A stretch of 64,000 bases of DNA from Candidatus Sericytochromatia bacterium (GTDB lineage Bacteria > Cyanobacteriota > Sericytochromatia > UBA7694). Numbering within the stretch: the first letter of the stretch is position 1; the number at the start of each line of letters is the position of its first letter. A program made the position numbers and the translations under genes. Location of the stretch: the NCBI GenBank assembly GCA_018780035.1, contig JADMKE010000008.1, positions 7,778 through 71,777 of the forward strand, written 5' to 3'. The notes beneath the pieces are model-generated. The model searched no databases. It was not told the origin of the DNA and was given only the letters and a program-made list of their open reading frames with translations. Of the stretch, positions 1 to 10,584 are shown one piece after another.

Positions 1-857
1 AAGGGATTTGAGCGGGCCTGGACCTGAATGGTCACTTCGCGGGCCACCTTGTAGGGGTCTAATTGGGGCTGCTGCAAAAGCGTATTCATGATTTCAGTGG
101 GTTTTTCGGTGCCCTCTTGGTGGGCGCCCACCACGTCTTCAGAGGCAAACATGACCTTGGCGACCCCACGCAAGCTATAAGCGGCTTCAAGATTGGCCAT
201 CAGGCAGGCGTGAAAGTGAATTAAATCCAGTTTTCGGCCCTTGAGCCCCTGCTGAAAAGCCTGGCGCAGGTCTTCGAGTTTGAGCATGCCGGTAGAGGTC
301 TCATAAGCCCCTTCAGGCCCCGGTGTTTCGTCGGTGGCAACCCCCATAAACCCGCCGCCATGACCGAGATAGGTAAACGCTTTAAAGGGACTGTTATAGC
401 TGGAAAAGGTCCAGGCCAAAACACTGGCCAAGGTCGCAGGGCTATTGGTGGTCATTTCTTTGATTTGCGCACTCGGCGGCACGGTGGCAGAAGTCACCTG
501 GGCCGATGTATCGGGTTGAATCAGATGAAAAAAGGTATTATTGGGCCCCCGGGCATCGGTAAAGGCAATTTGGTGGGTCCGGGAAGTGGTGGTGCGTTCG
601 AGTGCATTCAGATAAAAGGGAATATGAAAATCCAAGCCATCGTCAATCGGCAGATAAGACAAGACGGTGGCTGGCCGCGGTGCGCGGTTGCCTGGTAAAG
701 TGGGATTTAAAGGGAGAAAAGCCTGGCTCTTGCTCGCACGCTGAGCTTGAAGCAAAGAGGCTTGTGAAGCCTGATAATTGGGAGACAGGGCGGGTGTACC
801 GCAGGCGGTCAAGGTCAATAAAGCGGAAACAAATAAAGCAGACAAACGGGCTTTCAT
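1..857 (-). CDS. Clostripain-like (peptidase C11) lipoprotein, partial (runs off the left edge)
   Basis: Not in the ORF track. Manual translation from ATG at 857 gives MKARLSALFVSALLTLTACG (lipobox), then YLGHGGG and LDLIHFHACLMANLEAAY...ASE, matching the C11 catalytic His and Cys motifs. Confidence 0.8.
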   Translation of the reverse strand, partial: MKARLSALFVSALLTLTACGTPALSPNYQASQASLLQAQRASKSQAFLPLNPTLPGNRAPRPATVLSYLPIDDGLDFHIPFYLNALERTTTSRTHQIAFTDARGPNNTFFHLIQPDTSAQVTSATVPPSAQIKEMTTNSPATLASVLAWTFSSYNSPFKAFTYLGHGGGFMGVATDETPGPEGAYETSTGMLKLEDLRQAFQQGLKGRKLDLIHFHACLMANLEAAYSLRGVAKVMFASEDVVGAHQEGTEKPTEIMNTLLQQPQLDPYKVAREVTIQVQARSNP

Positions 858-996
858 GGGAATTCTCTCTTCTTACGCAATGATTATTGAAAAGTTATAT
901 GAAAATACGCGGCTCAACTTGATAAAATTAGTACCAATTTATTTCAAAATTAAACTCACTTTTATATTTGGCTGCTTTCATTAACAGCTCAAAGAC

Positions 997-1596
997 CTAA
1001 CGAAAACGCACCCAGCGTTCCCCTAACCAGCCTTTGCGGGTTTCGAGCTTCACTTCTCCACCGTCTTTAAAACGCGACCAGAGATTGGCTGTCACCCGGA
1101 TCTCTGGGGCTGGGCTCTGCAAGTCTGAGCAACTGAGATGGAGGGTATAGACAGGGTTGGCTTTGCTCTGCGGATCAAAAGGCGAAGGCCGAACCTGACA
1201 GGTGTATTGCTGAATTTGGTCCCCTTCGCTGAAAAAATTCAGGGGCACGAGCAGAGCACAACACACACCCAACGCCAACAACCCGACCAAAAGCGGACGG
1301 TATTGATGCATAGCCCGCAAAACCAGCAGCGGAGCATGATTCTGGCGGTTGATATCGCCAAAGTGAAAGCGAATCCGCAACAAGACCAACGCCAGCAAGA
1401 GAAGCAGCAGATTTGGGAAAACCAGCAAGGTGGGTGGCTCTAAAAAGCGATTGGCGACCCAAAGGGTGTAGAGCGAAAAAGCGGAACTCAATAACAAAAC
1501 CCAAGCGGCTGCCAATAAAGCCTGAAACCAAGTGGTACTGCGCAGCTCTTCAAACTCTTCGTGGAGTTCAGCGGTGCCTTTAAGAGCCATAGTCAC
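997..1596 (-). CDS. Hypothetical membrane protein
   Basis: 199-aa ORF with about 3 hydrophobic segments and an AGGAG-type RBS upstream. Confidence 0.6.
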   Translation of the reverse strand: MTMALKGTAELHEEFEELRSTTWFQALLAAAWVLLLSSAFSLYTLWVANRFLEPPTLLVFPNLLLLLLALVLLRIRFHFGDINRQNHAPLLVLRAMHQYRPLLVGLLALGVCCALLVPLNFFSEGDQIQQYTCQVRPSPFDPQSKANPVYTLHLSCSDLQSPAPEIRVTANLWSRFKDGGEVKLETRKGWLGERWVRFR

Positions 1597-1674
1597 TCCT
1601 ACTGGTTAGAATACCTTTAGCATAGCCTGAAAGCCCGTGAGCAGCAATTTCTCTTTGTGAAGGAGTCCCAACAA

Positions 1675-2403
1675 ATGCCCCCCTTTGATAACCTAAACAG
1701 CGCAATGAAGGCGAATCCCACTGAAGTCAGCAGTTTGGCTTTGGTGAATCAAAACCTCAGCGAATTGCCTGCCGAAATCTGGCAACTCAAACACCTCAAA
1801 TTTCTCAATCTTTCCAACAATCCCCTGCGCCAATTGCCCGCAGAAATCGCCCAATTGCAAGCGCTCGAAACCCTGCAACTCTGGCGCTGCCAATTAAAAA
1901 GCCTGCCCGAGAGTCTGGACCAATTGCCCCAACTCAAAGTGCTGGGTCTGTCTGAAAACTGGTTACAAACGCTGCCAACGCGTTTGGGCCAATGTGCAGC
2001 CTTGCAAAAGTTGGATCTGAGCCACAACAATGGTTTGACCCATTTGCCTGACGATCTCTCAGGCTTGCAGAACTTAGAAGTGCTCAACTTGATGTGCAAT
2101 AGTCTCAGTAGCTTGCCAGAAAGTGTGGGTCAATTGCCCGCCTTAAAACAGCTTTACCTCTATTGGAACAAACTGGAATCGCTGCCCATCAGCATCGGCC
2201 AACTCAAAAATTTAGAGATTTTGCAATTGTGCAAGAACCACTTGCACAATCTGCCAGAGAGCTTACAAGCACTGTCTCTCTTGCGCGATCTGGACTTACA
2301 CGAAAACCCGATACCACTGGCCTTGCGGCCCATCATTGAGAGCTGGTTTACACGCCAGACGCGCATTACCTGGGAGCGAGAATACACCTTTGGCTATTAT
2401 TAA
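1675..2403 (+). CDS. Leucine-rich repeat protein
   Basis: About 8 repeats of 23 aa of the LxxLxLxxNxLxxLP type. ATG at 1675 follows AAGGAG. Confidence 0.9.
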   Translation: MPPFDNLNSAMKANPTEVSSLALVNQNLSELPAEIWQLKHLKFLNLSNNPLRQLPAEIAQLQALETLQLWRCQLKSLPESLDQLPQLKVLGLSENWLQTLPTRLGQCAALQKLDLSHNNGLTHLPDDLSGLQNLEVLNLMCNSLSSLPESVGQLPALKQLYLYWNKLESLPISIGQLKNLEILQLCKNHLHNLPESLQALSLLRDLDLHENPIPLALRPIIESWFTRQTRITWEREYTFGYY

Positions 2404-2506
2404 AAACCATTCCTGTGTTGGTGATTGAGTTGGAAGCTCAGTGATTTTGCTCCTGTGAGGCATTTTACTGGTAACATGAAAAAATAACCATCTTTGGAGT
2501 TCGTTC

Positions 2507-3445
2507 ATGTTGAATCGTCGCCTGTTTATGGGTTTCTTCTCTGGTCTGCTCAGCACGGCTTTGTTTTTACTGCCCGCATTGACACCGCAATGTTCTCCAA
2601 TGAATCAAGCGGCCTGGGCCCAAGAAAAAGAAGCCGTGGCGGTACTTGAACTCAAAGCCATTGGTAACCTCGCGCCTGAAGAAGCTGAATTGGTGACTTC
2701 ACGGGTGCGCAGCTTGGTCGTGCAAAACCCGCGCTTTCGGGTCTTGGAACGTGAAGGCATGGATCGCATTCTCAAAGAACAGGGCTTTCAGAGCACGCAA
2801 AACTGTGAAAACGAAGCCTGCTCTGTGCAAGTGGGGCGTCTGCTGGCCGTGCGTAAAATTATCACAGGTGGTCTGAGCAAGGTCGGTAGCACCTACACAC
2901 TCAGTTTGCGTATGATTGATGTCGAAAACGGGACTATTTTGTCGGAACGCTTTGTGGACTGTAATTGTTCTCGTGAAGTGCTTTTATTTGAGCAAGTATC
3001 TCCCTTGCTCCAACAATTATTGGGAGAGACTCTCAACGCTCCCCTCAAAAAAACCGAAGGCGTGCCCATTCGCAAACAAAAGCCCTTCCAGATCGGAGCC
3101 GAAGGCGGCTTGTCAGATTATTGGGGCCTGACTCTGGGGTATAATATCAACGAATATTTGGCCCTGCGCTTGGGAGCGACTTATCATCAAGAACAGTACA
3201 ACGCCAATTTCATCACACCCGCAGGAATCGGTGGCGTAGCAGCCTTACGCGCATATTTTAATCCCCATGATCTGGCAGGCTTTGCCGAAGTAGCTGCCAC
3301 CACCGAACTCTGGTTTATTCCACGCTTGGGCATTGAGTACCGCAATGCCTGGGGCTTGAATCTCTGGGCTGCAGGCGGTTGGCGTTATAGATACGTCAAT
3401 GGCGGTTCCTTTGATGCCCTTGCTGGCGTGGGCTACGCGTTTTAA
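2507..3445 (+). CDS. CsgG/HfaB-like domain protein with C-terminal beta-barrel-like region
   Basis: VLEREGMDRILKEQGFQ...C...C...VGRLLAVRKIITG...LSLRMIDVENG pattern. The C-terminus is beta-strand-like and ends GVGYAF. Confidence 0.7.
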   Translation: MLNRRLFMGFFSGLLSTALFLLPALTPQCSPMNQAAWAQEKEAVAVLELKAIGNLAPEEAELVTSRVRSLVVQNPRFRVLEREGMDRILKEQGFQSTQNCENEACSVQVGRLLAVRKIITGGLSKVGSTYTLSLRMIDVENGTILSERFVDCNCSREVLLFEQVSPLLQQLLGETLNAPLKKTEGVPIRKQKPFQIGAEGGLSDYWGLTLGYNINEYLALRLGATYHQEQYNANFITPAGIGGVAALRAYFNPHDLAGFAEVAATTELWFIPRLGIEYRNAWGLNLWAAGGWRYRYVNGGSFDALAGVGYAF

Positions 3446-3478
3446 GATTTTGAGAGATGAAAGAAATAGGTTAAAAAA

Positions 3479-3769
3479 ATGCTTCAGGGACAACCGGGCG
3501 AGCTGTCTGAATTAGAATCCAAGGAACAGAAAAAAACAGGCATTGATCGCGATTTGCCGTTTGTCACCAGATGGGAATTGTTTCTGGCCGATCAAAACCA
3601 CGCCACTATTTACCGCTATTTTGAGCTGCCCAAAGACAAAAACTTCTTAAAAAAGTATATTTTTGCAGAGCAAAACAAAGCCGAAATCATCAACGCCATT
3701 CCCACAGGAAAAACGAGTTGGCGAAGATTTAAAGCAGGATGTTTGGAGATACTCAGCGCGAAGCCTTGA
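3479..3769 (+). CDS. Small hypothetical protein
   Basis: 96-aa ORF filling the gap before aceE, with no recognisable motif. Confidence 0.35.
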   Translation: MLQGQPGELSELESKEQKKTGIDRDLPFVTRWELFLADQNHATIYRYFELPKDKNFLKKYIFAEQNKAEIINAIPTGKTSWRRFKAGCLEILSAKP

Positions 3770-3831
3770 AAACTTCGCCTGCGTGTATAATGAGTGGGTA
3801 TAAAAAACCCTGCCCCAGGAAGGACATGGCG

Positions 3832-6504
3832 ATGACCGAAGCACATAACGATGCACACAGCCTGGAAGAAATTGAAACCCGTGAATGGCTCGAATCCCTG
3901 GACTATGTGATTCAGGATGGCGGCCCCGACCGCACCCAACGCCTGTTTGGGCGTTTGCAAAACCGCGCAGCCAAACACGGCGTCTCGCTGCCCTTTTCGA
4001 CCACCACCCCTTATGTCAACACCATCCCCCGGCATTTGCAGCCTCCCTATCCGGGCCGTTACGAAATTGAGCGCCGGATCAAAAGTATTATGCGTTGGAA
4101 CGCCATGGCCATGGTCGTGCGCGCCAACCGCAAGGAAGACGGCATTGGCGGGCATATTTCTTCGTTTGCCTCCAGCGCCACCCTCTACGAAGTGGGTTTT
4201 AACCACTTTTTTAAAGGCAAAAACGGCGAAGACAGCCCCGACCAGATTTACTTTCAGGGCCACGTGGCCCCCGGCATCTACGCCCGCGCCTTTCTCGAAG
4301 GCCGTCTGAGCGAAGCCCAATTGAATCATTTCCGGCGCGAATTGCAACCCGGTGGCGGTTTGTCTTCTTATCCCCACCCCTGGCTGATGCCAGATTTTTG
4401 GGAGTTTCCCACCGTTTCGATGGGCCTGGGCCCGCTGATGGCGATTTACCAAGCCCGCTTTAATAAATACCTCGAAAACCGCGGTTTAAAAAAACAGACC
4501 GGCCGGGTCTGGGCCTTTTTGGGCGATGGCGAGATGGATGAGCCCGAATCGCTGGGCGCCATCAGCCTGGCTGGCCGTGAACAGCTCGACAATCTGGTCT
4601 TTGTGATCAACTGCAATCTGCAGCGCCTCGACGGCCCCGTGCGGGGCAATGGCAAGATCATCCAAGAACTCGAAGGCAGCTTCCGCGGTGCGGGTTGGAA
4701 CGTGATCAAGGTGGTCTGGGGCAGCGATTGGGATGCCCTGCTGGCCAAAGACAAAACGGGTCTGCTCGCCCAGCGCATGAACGAAGTGCTCGACGGCGAA
4801 TACCAGAAGATCAAAGCCAGTGGCTCGGGCGCTTATGTGCGCGAGCATTTCTTTGGCAAATACCCCGAATTGCTGGAATTGGTCAGCGATTATACCGATG
4901 ATCAGATCTGGAATCTGCACCGCGGTGGCCACGACTCGCTTAAGGTCTATGCCGCTTACCACAAGGCCGTCCATACCAGCGGCATGCCCACGGTGATCTT
5001 GGCCAAAACGGTCAAAGGCTACGGCATGGGTGATTCGGGCCAAGGCAAAAACGCCGCTCACCAGCAGAAAAAGCTCAACGACGAAGAGATCAAAACGTTT
5101 CGCACGCGCTTTGGCATTCCCATTTCTGACGAAGATCTGGCAGAAGTGCCGTTTTACAAACCCTCTGAAGACAGCGAAGAAATGCAATACCTGCACGAGC
5201 GCCGCCAAAAACTGGGGGGTTCGGTGCCCCTGCGCCGGGTTCAGATCGAACCCCTGGCTCCGCCGCCAGACAAACTCTTCTCGGAGTTTGAAGCGGGCAC
5301 AGACGGCCGCGAACTCTCAACCACCATGGCTTATGTCCGCATTCTGACGCGCTGCCTCAAGGACAAGAATTTTGGCCCATTAATGGTGCCGATCATTCCC
5401 GACGAAGCGCGTACCTTTGGCATGGAGGGCCTGTTTAACCAATACGGCATTTACTCCCATGTCGGTCAGAAATACGATCCGGTCGACAGCGATTCGCTGA
5501 TGCGCTATCGCGAGGCCCAAAATGGCCAGATCCTCGAAGAGGGCATCACCGAAGCGGGCGCACTCTCCTCGTTTATTGCTGCAGGCACAGCCTATGCCAG
5601 CCATGGTGTGAATACCATTCCCTTTTTCACCTTCTACTCGATGTTTGGTCTGCAGCGGGTCGGCGACCTGGTCTGGGCCGCTGGAGATATGCGCTGCAAA
5701 GGCTTCTTGATGGGGGCCACCGCTGGGCGGACCACCCTGGCGGGTGAAGGTCTACAGCACCAAGATGGCAACAGCCATGTTTTGGCTCTGCCCCAACCCA
5801 ATCTCAAGGCCTATGACCCGGCATTTGCCTACGAAATTGGCGTGCTGCTGCAAGAGGGCATTCGCCGCATGTACGTCGAGCAAAAAGACGAATTTTATTA
5901 CATCACGATTGGCAACGACAGTTATGCCCATCCGGCCATGCCCGAAGGGTCCCGCGAGGGCATTCTCAAAGGCCTGTACCGCTTCCGCAGCTCGCCCCTG
6001 GTACAACCCAAAGCACGGGTACAGCTCTGGGGCAGCGGGGCGCTGATGCCCGGCGTGCTCAAAGCCGCCGAAGAACTCGAGCGCTATGGCGTGGCCGCTG
6101 ACGTCTGGAGTGTGACCTCTTACAAAGAGCTGTACCGCGACGCCTTGGATGTGGAGCGTTGGAACCTATTCCACCCCGAACAGCCGGCCCGTTTGCCCTA
6201 TCTGGCAGAATGCCTCAAAGACAGCGAAGGCCCCGTGATCGCCGTTTCCGACTATTGCAAGGTCTTGGCGCTGTCTTTGGCCAAATGGCTGCCTCAGCCG
6301 CTGGTGGCCCTGGGGACTGACGGCTTTGGCCGCAGCGAAGGCCGCACCGACCTGCGCCGCTTCTTTGAGGTCGACACCGCTCACACGGTTTGGGCAGCCC
6401 TGAGCCAATTGGTTCGGGCAGGCCAATTGGACGCCTCGCTACTGGAAGAGGCGCGTCAGACCTTGAAGATCGACCCCGAAAAACCCAACCCGATGAACGT
6501 TTAA
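3832..6504 (+). CDS. aceE: Pyruvate dehydrogenase E1 component (homodimeric type)
   Basis: [25 protein letters not shown] motif [10 protein letters not shown]...[10 protein letters not shown], and TDGFGRS. Start placed at the ATG after AGGAAGGA. Confidence 0.97.
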   Translation: MTEAHNDAHSLEEIETREWLESLDYVIQDGGPDRTQRLFGRLQNRAAKHGVSLPFSTTTPYVNTIPRHLQPPYPGRYEIERRIKSIMRWNAMAMVVRANRKEDGIGGHISSFASSATLYEVGFNHFFKGKNGEDSPDQIYFQGHVAPGIYARAFLEGRLSEAQLNHFRRELQPGGGLSSYPHPWLMPDFWEFPTVSMGLGPLMAIYQARFNKYLENRGLKKQTGRVWAFLGDGEMDEPESLGAISLAGREQLDNLVFVINCNLQRLDGPVRGNGKIIQELEGSFRGAGWNVIKVVWGSDWDALLAKDKTGLLAQRMNEVLDGEYQKIKASGSGAYVREHFFGKYPELLELVSDYTDDQIWNLHRGGHDSLKVYAAYHKAVHTSGMPTVILAKTVKGYGMGDSGQGKNAAHQQKKLNDEEIKTFRTRFGIPISDEDLAEVPFYKPSEDSEEMQYLHERRQKLGGSVPLRRVQIEPLAPPPDKLFSEFEAGTDGRELSTTMAYVRILTRCLKDKNFGPLMVPIIPDEARTFGMEGLFNQYGIYSHVGQKYDPVDSDSLMRYREAQNGQILEEGITEAGALSSFIAAGTAYASHGVNTIPFFTFYSMFGLQRVGDLVWAAGDMRCKGFLMGATAGRTTLAGEGLQHQDGNSHVLALPQPNLKAYDPAFAYEIGVLLQEGIRRMYVEQKDEFYYITIGNDSYAHPAMPEGSREGILKGLYRFRSSPLVQPKARVQLWGSGALMPGVLKAAEELERYGVAADVWSVTSYKELYRDALDVERWNLFHPEQPARLPYLAECLKDSEGPVIAVSDYCKVLALSLAKWLPQPLVALGTDGFGRSEGRTDLRRFFEVDTAHTVWAALSQLVRAGQLDASLLEEARQTLKIDPEKPNPMNV

Positions 6505-6514
6505 GGAGACCGCC

Positions 6515-8194
6515 ATGCAACGTGAAATTAACGTGCCCAAATTGGGCGATAACGTCGGCGCAGGAGAGATCACCCAGGTGCTCGTGGCAGTCGGTGAGAC
6601 CATCAGCGAAAACCAGGCTTTGATTGAAGTCGAATCCGACAAAGCAGCGGTCGAAATTCCCTCCCCCGCTGCAGGCAAAGTGGCTTCTTTGGCGGTTAAA
6701 GTGGGTGACAGTGTGCAAGAGGGCAGTTTGATCCTGGTGCTTGAATCCGCAGCGGAAACTGCTGCCGCCACGCCTGTGGAAAAACCTGTGGAAAAAGCCC
6801 CCGAAGAGAAAAGTGAGCCCGCTGTTGCAGCAACGCCAACTCCCAGCCCCTCGGTAGCAACGGGCCCAGTGGAAATGCGTGTGCCCAAACTCGGCGACAA
6901 TGTCGGAGCAGCAGAGATCACCCAATTGCTGGTGGCTGTGGGCGATGTCTTGAGCAAAGACCAGGCCGTGATGGAACTGGAATCCGACAAAGCTGCGGTC
7001 GAAATCCCTGCTCCCGCAGCGGGCAAGGTGCTCTCGCTGGCAGTCAAAATGGGAGACAAGGTCCAAGAAGGGGATTTGGTGCTGGTTTTGGAAGGTAGCA
7101 CAGATGCCAGCACAGATAGTAGCAAATCTGCTAGCGCCGGTGCTAACAAACCTGCGGCGGCATCACCGGCTGCATTACCTGCTGCATTACCAGTTGCGGC
7201 CCCTCGCTCCCAGAGCGGAGTCGAAGGGAGCGTCGAGACAGGCCCCCGCGATGTCTTGGAGCCCCTGCCCGGCAGCGCCCTGCCCGCAGCGCCCTCGGTG
7301 CGGCTCTTTGCCCGCGAATTGGGGGTCGATCTGCGCAAAGTCACGGGCACAGGCCTGCGTGGCCGCATCTCCAAAGAGGATGTCAAAGCCTGGGTCAAAG
7401 GCACCTTACAAGCCGGTCCGGCCGCGGTTTCAGCAGGCCAAACCATGACCCTGGCCACCCCCGATCTGCCAGATTTTAGCCAGTGGGGCGCAATTCACAG
7501 CGAAAAACTCAGCCCCGTGCGCCGGGCCACCGCCGCCCAAATGCACCGCGCTTGGAGCCAAATCCCGCATGTGACCCAGTTTGACCAGGCGGATATCACA
7601 GAGGTGGAGGTCTTCCGCAAGGCCCGCGCCAAACAGGTCGAAGCCGCAGGCGGCAAACTGACCGTTACCGCCATTCTGCTCAAAATTTGCGCCCTGGGTC
7701 TCAAACGCTTTCCCAAATTTAACGCCAGTCTCGATCTTAAAAACGAGCAGGTGATCTACAAAGACTATATCCATATCGGCGTGGCCGTCGACACCCCCCG
7801 GGGTCTGCTCGTTCCCGTGTTGCGCAATGTCGACAGCAAAGGCGTGACCAGCCTCTCCGTTGAATTGGGTGAGGTGGCCAAAAAGGCCCGCGACCGCAAA
7901 TTGGGCATGGATGACTTGCAAGGCGGCGGTTTCAGCATTTCCAATCTGGGCGGCCTGGGCACCACGTATTTCACCCCGATTGTGAACTGGCCCGAAGTCG
8001 CGATTCTGGGCGTGGGCCGGGCCCAAACCATGCCCGTCTGGCGCGATGGCCAATTTGTGCCCCGCCAGATCATGCCGCTCTCACTCTCGTATGACCACCG
8101 TCTCATTGACGGTGCCGACGCCGCGCGCTTCCTGCGTTTTGTCGCCGAAGCCCTCGAAACCCCGCTGATGCTGCTGATGGAAGGAGATCTGTAA
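6515..8194 (+). CDS. aceF: Dihydrolipoamide acetyltransferase E2 with two lipoyl domains
   Basis: Two [10 protein letters not shown] lipoyl motifs, an E3-binding domain ([16 protein letters not shown]), and the catalytic DHRLIDGA. Confidence 0.97.
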   Translation: MQREINVPKLGDNVGAGEITQVLVAVGETISENQALIEVESDKAAVEIPSPAAGKVASLAVKVGDSVQEGSLILVLESAAETAAATPVEKPVEKAPEEKSEPAVAATPTPSPSVATGPVEMRVPKLGDNVGAAEITQLLVAVGDVLSKDQAVMELESDKAAVEIPAPAAGKVLSLAVKMGDKVQEGDLVLVLEGSTDASTDSSKSASAGANKPAAASPAALPAALPVAAPRSQSGVEGSVETGPRDVLEPLPGSALPAAPSVRLFARELGVDLRKVTGTGLRGRISKEDVKAWVKGTLQAGPAAVSAGQTMTLATPDLPDFSQWGAIHSEKLSPVRRATAAQMHRAWSQIPHVTQFDQADITEVEVFRKARAKQVEAAGGKLTVTAILLKICALGLKRFPKFNASLDLKNEQVIYKDYIHIGVAVDTPRGLLVPVLRNVDSKGVTSLSVELGEVAKKARDRKLGMDDLQGGGFSISNLGGLGTTYFTPIVNWPEVAILGVGRAQTMPVWRDGQFVPRQIMPLSLSYDHRLIDGADAARFLRFVAEALETPLMLLMEGDL

Positions 8195-8196
8195 AC

Positions 8197-9618
8197 ATGA
8201 GTCAAGAATCGTATCAAGTGATTGTACTGGGCGGTGGCCCCGGTGGCTATGCCGCCGCATTTCTGGCCGCTGATCTGGGCCTCAAAGTCGCCCTGGTCGA
8301 AAAACGGGTCAATCCCGGTGGGGTCTGTCTCTACGAAGGCTGCATTCCCTCCAAGGCTTTTTTGCACGCCGCGGAGCTGATCAACGAAAGCCAACACGCC
8401 GCTGAGTGGGGGATTGAATTTGCCCCACCCAAAATCGACATCGACAAGCTGCGGGCCTGGAAAGACACCAAAGTCGTCAAAGGCCTGACCGGCGGTCTGG
8501 GTCAATTGGCCAAAGCCCGCAAGGTCAAATTTATCCAGGGCACGGGCACGATCCAAGATGCCCACCACCTGCAGGTCGAAACCGCAGAAGGGCCACAAAC
8601 CCTGCACTTTGAACATCTGGTTGTGGCCACGGGTTCAAGCCCCATTGTCTTGCCCTTTTTGCCCAAGTCCCCACGGGTGATGGACTCCACCGCTGCTCTG
8701 GAATTGCCAGATGTCCCCGCACGTCTGTTGGTGCTGGGTGGCGGGTATATTGGTCTGGAAATGGCCACCGTTTACGCCGCATTGGGCTCCAAGGTCACCG
8801 TGGTTGAAATGCTCGACTCGCTCTTGGCGGGGGCCGACGCCGATCTGGTCAAACCCCTGCAAAAGCGCATCGAGAAAAAACTTGAAGCGATTCTGCTCAA
8901 AACCAAAGTCACAGGCGCCAAAGAACAGGGTGAAGAGCTGCTGGTCAGCTTTGAAGGCCCCGATGGCAAAGCCTTTGAACAGACCTTCGACCGGGTGCTG
9001 GTCTCAGTCGGTCGCCGCCCCAATGGGCGTGGCATTGGCCTCGAAAACACAAAAATTGAACTCGACAAACAGGGCTTTATTCCCGTCAATTTACAGCGGC
9101 AGACGGTGGAGCCTTCGATCTACGCGATTGGCGACGTGGCCGGACAGCCGATGCTGGCCCACAAGGCCTCCCACGAAGGCCGCGTGGCCGTCGAAGCCAT
9201 AGCCGGACACAAAGTGGCCTTTGAACCTTACGCCATCCCGGCCGTGGTCTTTACCGACCCCGAGGTCGCCTGGTGTGGTTTAACCGAGCGCGAAGCCCAG
9301 GCCCAAGGCCGCAAAGTCGAAGTTGTCAAATACCCCTGGGCCGCTTCGGGCCGGGCTTTGACCCTCGATCGCACCGAAGGCCTGACCAAGCTGATTGTCG
9401 ACCCCGAAACCGAGCGCATTCTTGGCGTGGGCATTGTTGGCAAAGGGGCAGGAGAACTGATCGCAGAAGCCACCCTGGCCGTCGAAATGGCCGCCCTGGT
9501 CACCGACGTTAAACTGACCATTCACGCCCATCCGACCCTCTCAGAGACCTTTATGGAAGCTGCTGAGATGTACTTTGGGCAGAGTACCCACGTCTACAAA
9601 CCCAAGCGGAACAAATAG
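8197..9618 (+). CDS. lpdA: Dihydrolipoamide dehydrogenase E3
   Basis: GGGPGGY, redox-active GGVCLYEGCIPSK, and HAHPTLSE. Confidence 0.97.
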   Translation: MSQESYQVIVLGGGPGGYAAAFLAADLGLKVALVEKRVNPGGVCLYEGCIPSKAFLHAAELINESQHAAEWGIEFAPPKIDIDKLRAWKDTKVVKGLTGGLGQLAKARKVKFIQGTGTIQDAHHLQVETAEGPQTLHFEHLVVATGSSPIVLPFLPKSPRVMDSTAALELPDVPARLLVLGGGYIGLEMATVYAALGSKVTVVEMLDSLLAGADADLVKPLQKRIEKKLEAILLKTKVTGAKEQGEELLVSFEGPDGKAFEQTFDRVLVSVGRRPNGRGIGLENTKIELDKQGFIPVNLQRQTVEPSIYAIGDVAGQPMLAHKASHEGRVAVEAIAGHKVAFEPYAIPAVVFTDPEVAWCGLTEREAQAQGRKVEVVKYPWAASGRALTLDRTEGLTKLIVDPETERILGVGIVGKGAGELIAEATLAVEMAALVTDVKLTIHAHPTLSETFMEAAEMYFGQSTHVYKPKRNK

Positions 9619-9637
9619 GGTTACCAACACTTTTTAC

Positions 9638-9667
9638 AGAGCAGGGCTTACGGGCCTTGCTCTTTTT
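9638..9667 (+). terminator. Intrinsic terminator of the pdh operon
   Basis: AGAGCAGGGC-TTACGG-GCCTTGCTCT hairpin followed by a T-run. Confidence 0.7.
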
Positions 9668-9700
9668 GCTGGCATATTTTTTGTTTGTTTCAAAAATATA

Positions 9701-9778
9701 TGCCAACAAATTCATTGACAATAGATTTGTTGGCAATCATAATAAAGACAGAAAATTTGTTGACAACAAATTTGTTGG
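9701..9778 (+). promoter_or_regulatory. Sigma70-type promoter with an array of CAACAAAT/ATTTGTTG operator-like motifs
   Basis: TTGACA (9715-9720), 17-nt spacer, CATAAT (9738-9743). Motif copies at 9704, 9725, 9755, 9764 and 9770 in alternating or inverted orientation. Confidence 0.75.
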
Positions 9779-9792
9779 CCAAAGAGGTGATG

Positions 9793-10584
9793 ATGTCAGA
9801 TGAAATAAATACAATAGTTGAGCGGTTATTTCCCGAAAGGTTAATAGATCCTAATACTTTTGATCAATGGTGCAGAAGAATCCGCTCAGATATTTTTGGA
9901 GACGCTGCCAATCTTCTAGCTAAATTAGAGAATTGGCTCGAAGAACAAAAAGGAACTCTTAAAGCATCTGAACAGCTCAAAAGGGATTATTGGGAAATTT
10001 TTGGCGGCAATGGTGAAACGTTAATAAAAACACCACAGAGTATACGCTCGAAACTAGCTCGCGATTTCAAAACAGAGAGCATTACAGCTGAAAGAAAAAC
10101 AGAAGAGTTTCTTCGTACGAAAATATTAGAATTTAGTGATCTTGGACGGATAAGAATTGTCACTGATTTTTTTTCTGACACCAGCCTTCTAAAAGAGAAC
10201 ATGTTTGATGCAACTACCAGATTTTTACAAACTTATGAATGCCCCAAAGGAATCAAAGATTTTGTTTTTGATCCCTCAATGCGAGACGGACTGAAAGGAC
10301 ATCGGGCTTTTCAGTTTTCAGTAAGAATTCCATTAGATACAGAAACATTTGGTTTTGAGATTCAACTTATGACACGTTTGCAACACGCTTGGGACAGACA
10401 TAATCATCCTTTTTATGAATGGCAACGAGAAACCCCTAACTGGCAAGGCAATGCCAAGGCTGTTGAACTTGCTGTTAATGATTTTGCTTGCGCTGAAACA
10501 TTACATTTAGTAGATCGACAAGCCGATCAAAATTGGCAAAGTTTAAAAAATTTTCTTCAAGAGGCTAGAAGTACTGATGAATAA
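9793..10584 (+). CDS. Divergent RelA/SpoT synthetase-domain protein (small alarmone synthetase-like)
   Basis: Synthetase motifs in the expected order: IKTPQSIRSKL, DLGRIRIV, GHRAFQF, FEIQLMTRLQHAW...H. No hydrolase or TGS/ACT domains. GAGG RBS upstream. Confidence 0.75.
   Translation: MSDEINTIVERLFPERLIDPNTFDQWCRRIRSDIFGDAANLLAKLENWLEEQKGTLKASEQLKRDYWEIFGGNGETLIKTPQSIRSKLARDFKTESITAERKTEEFLRTKILEFSDLGRIRIVTDFFSDTSLLKENMFDATTRFLQTYECPKGIKDFVFDPSMRDGLKGHRAFQFSVRIPLDTETFGFEIQLMTRLQHAWDRHNHPFYEWQRETPNWQGNAKAVELAVNDFACAETLHLVDRQADQNWQSLKNFLQEARSTDE

Noticed and set aside
3766..3791. TTGAAA...TATAAT promoter upstream of aceE
   Set aside because: The spacer is only 14 nt, so the -35 assignment is unsupported.
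6515..7100. Direct DNA repeat of about 230 nt
   Set aside because: Explained by the two lipoyl domains of AceF.
9685..9792. N-terminal extension of the synthetase ORF in the ORF track
   Set aside because: It overlaps the promoter and operator array. The RBS supports a start at 9790 or 9793.
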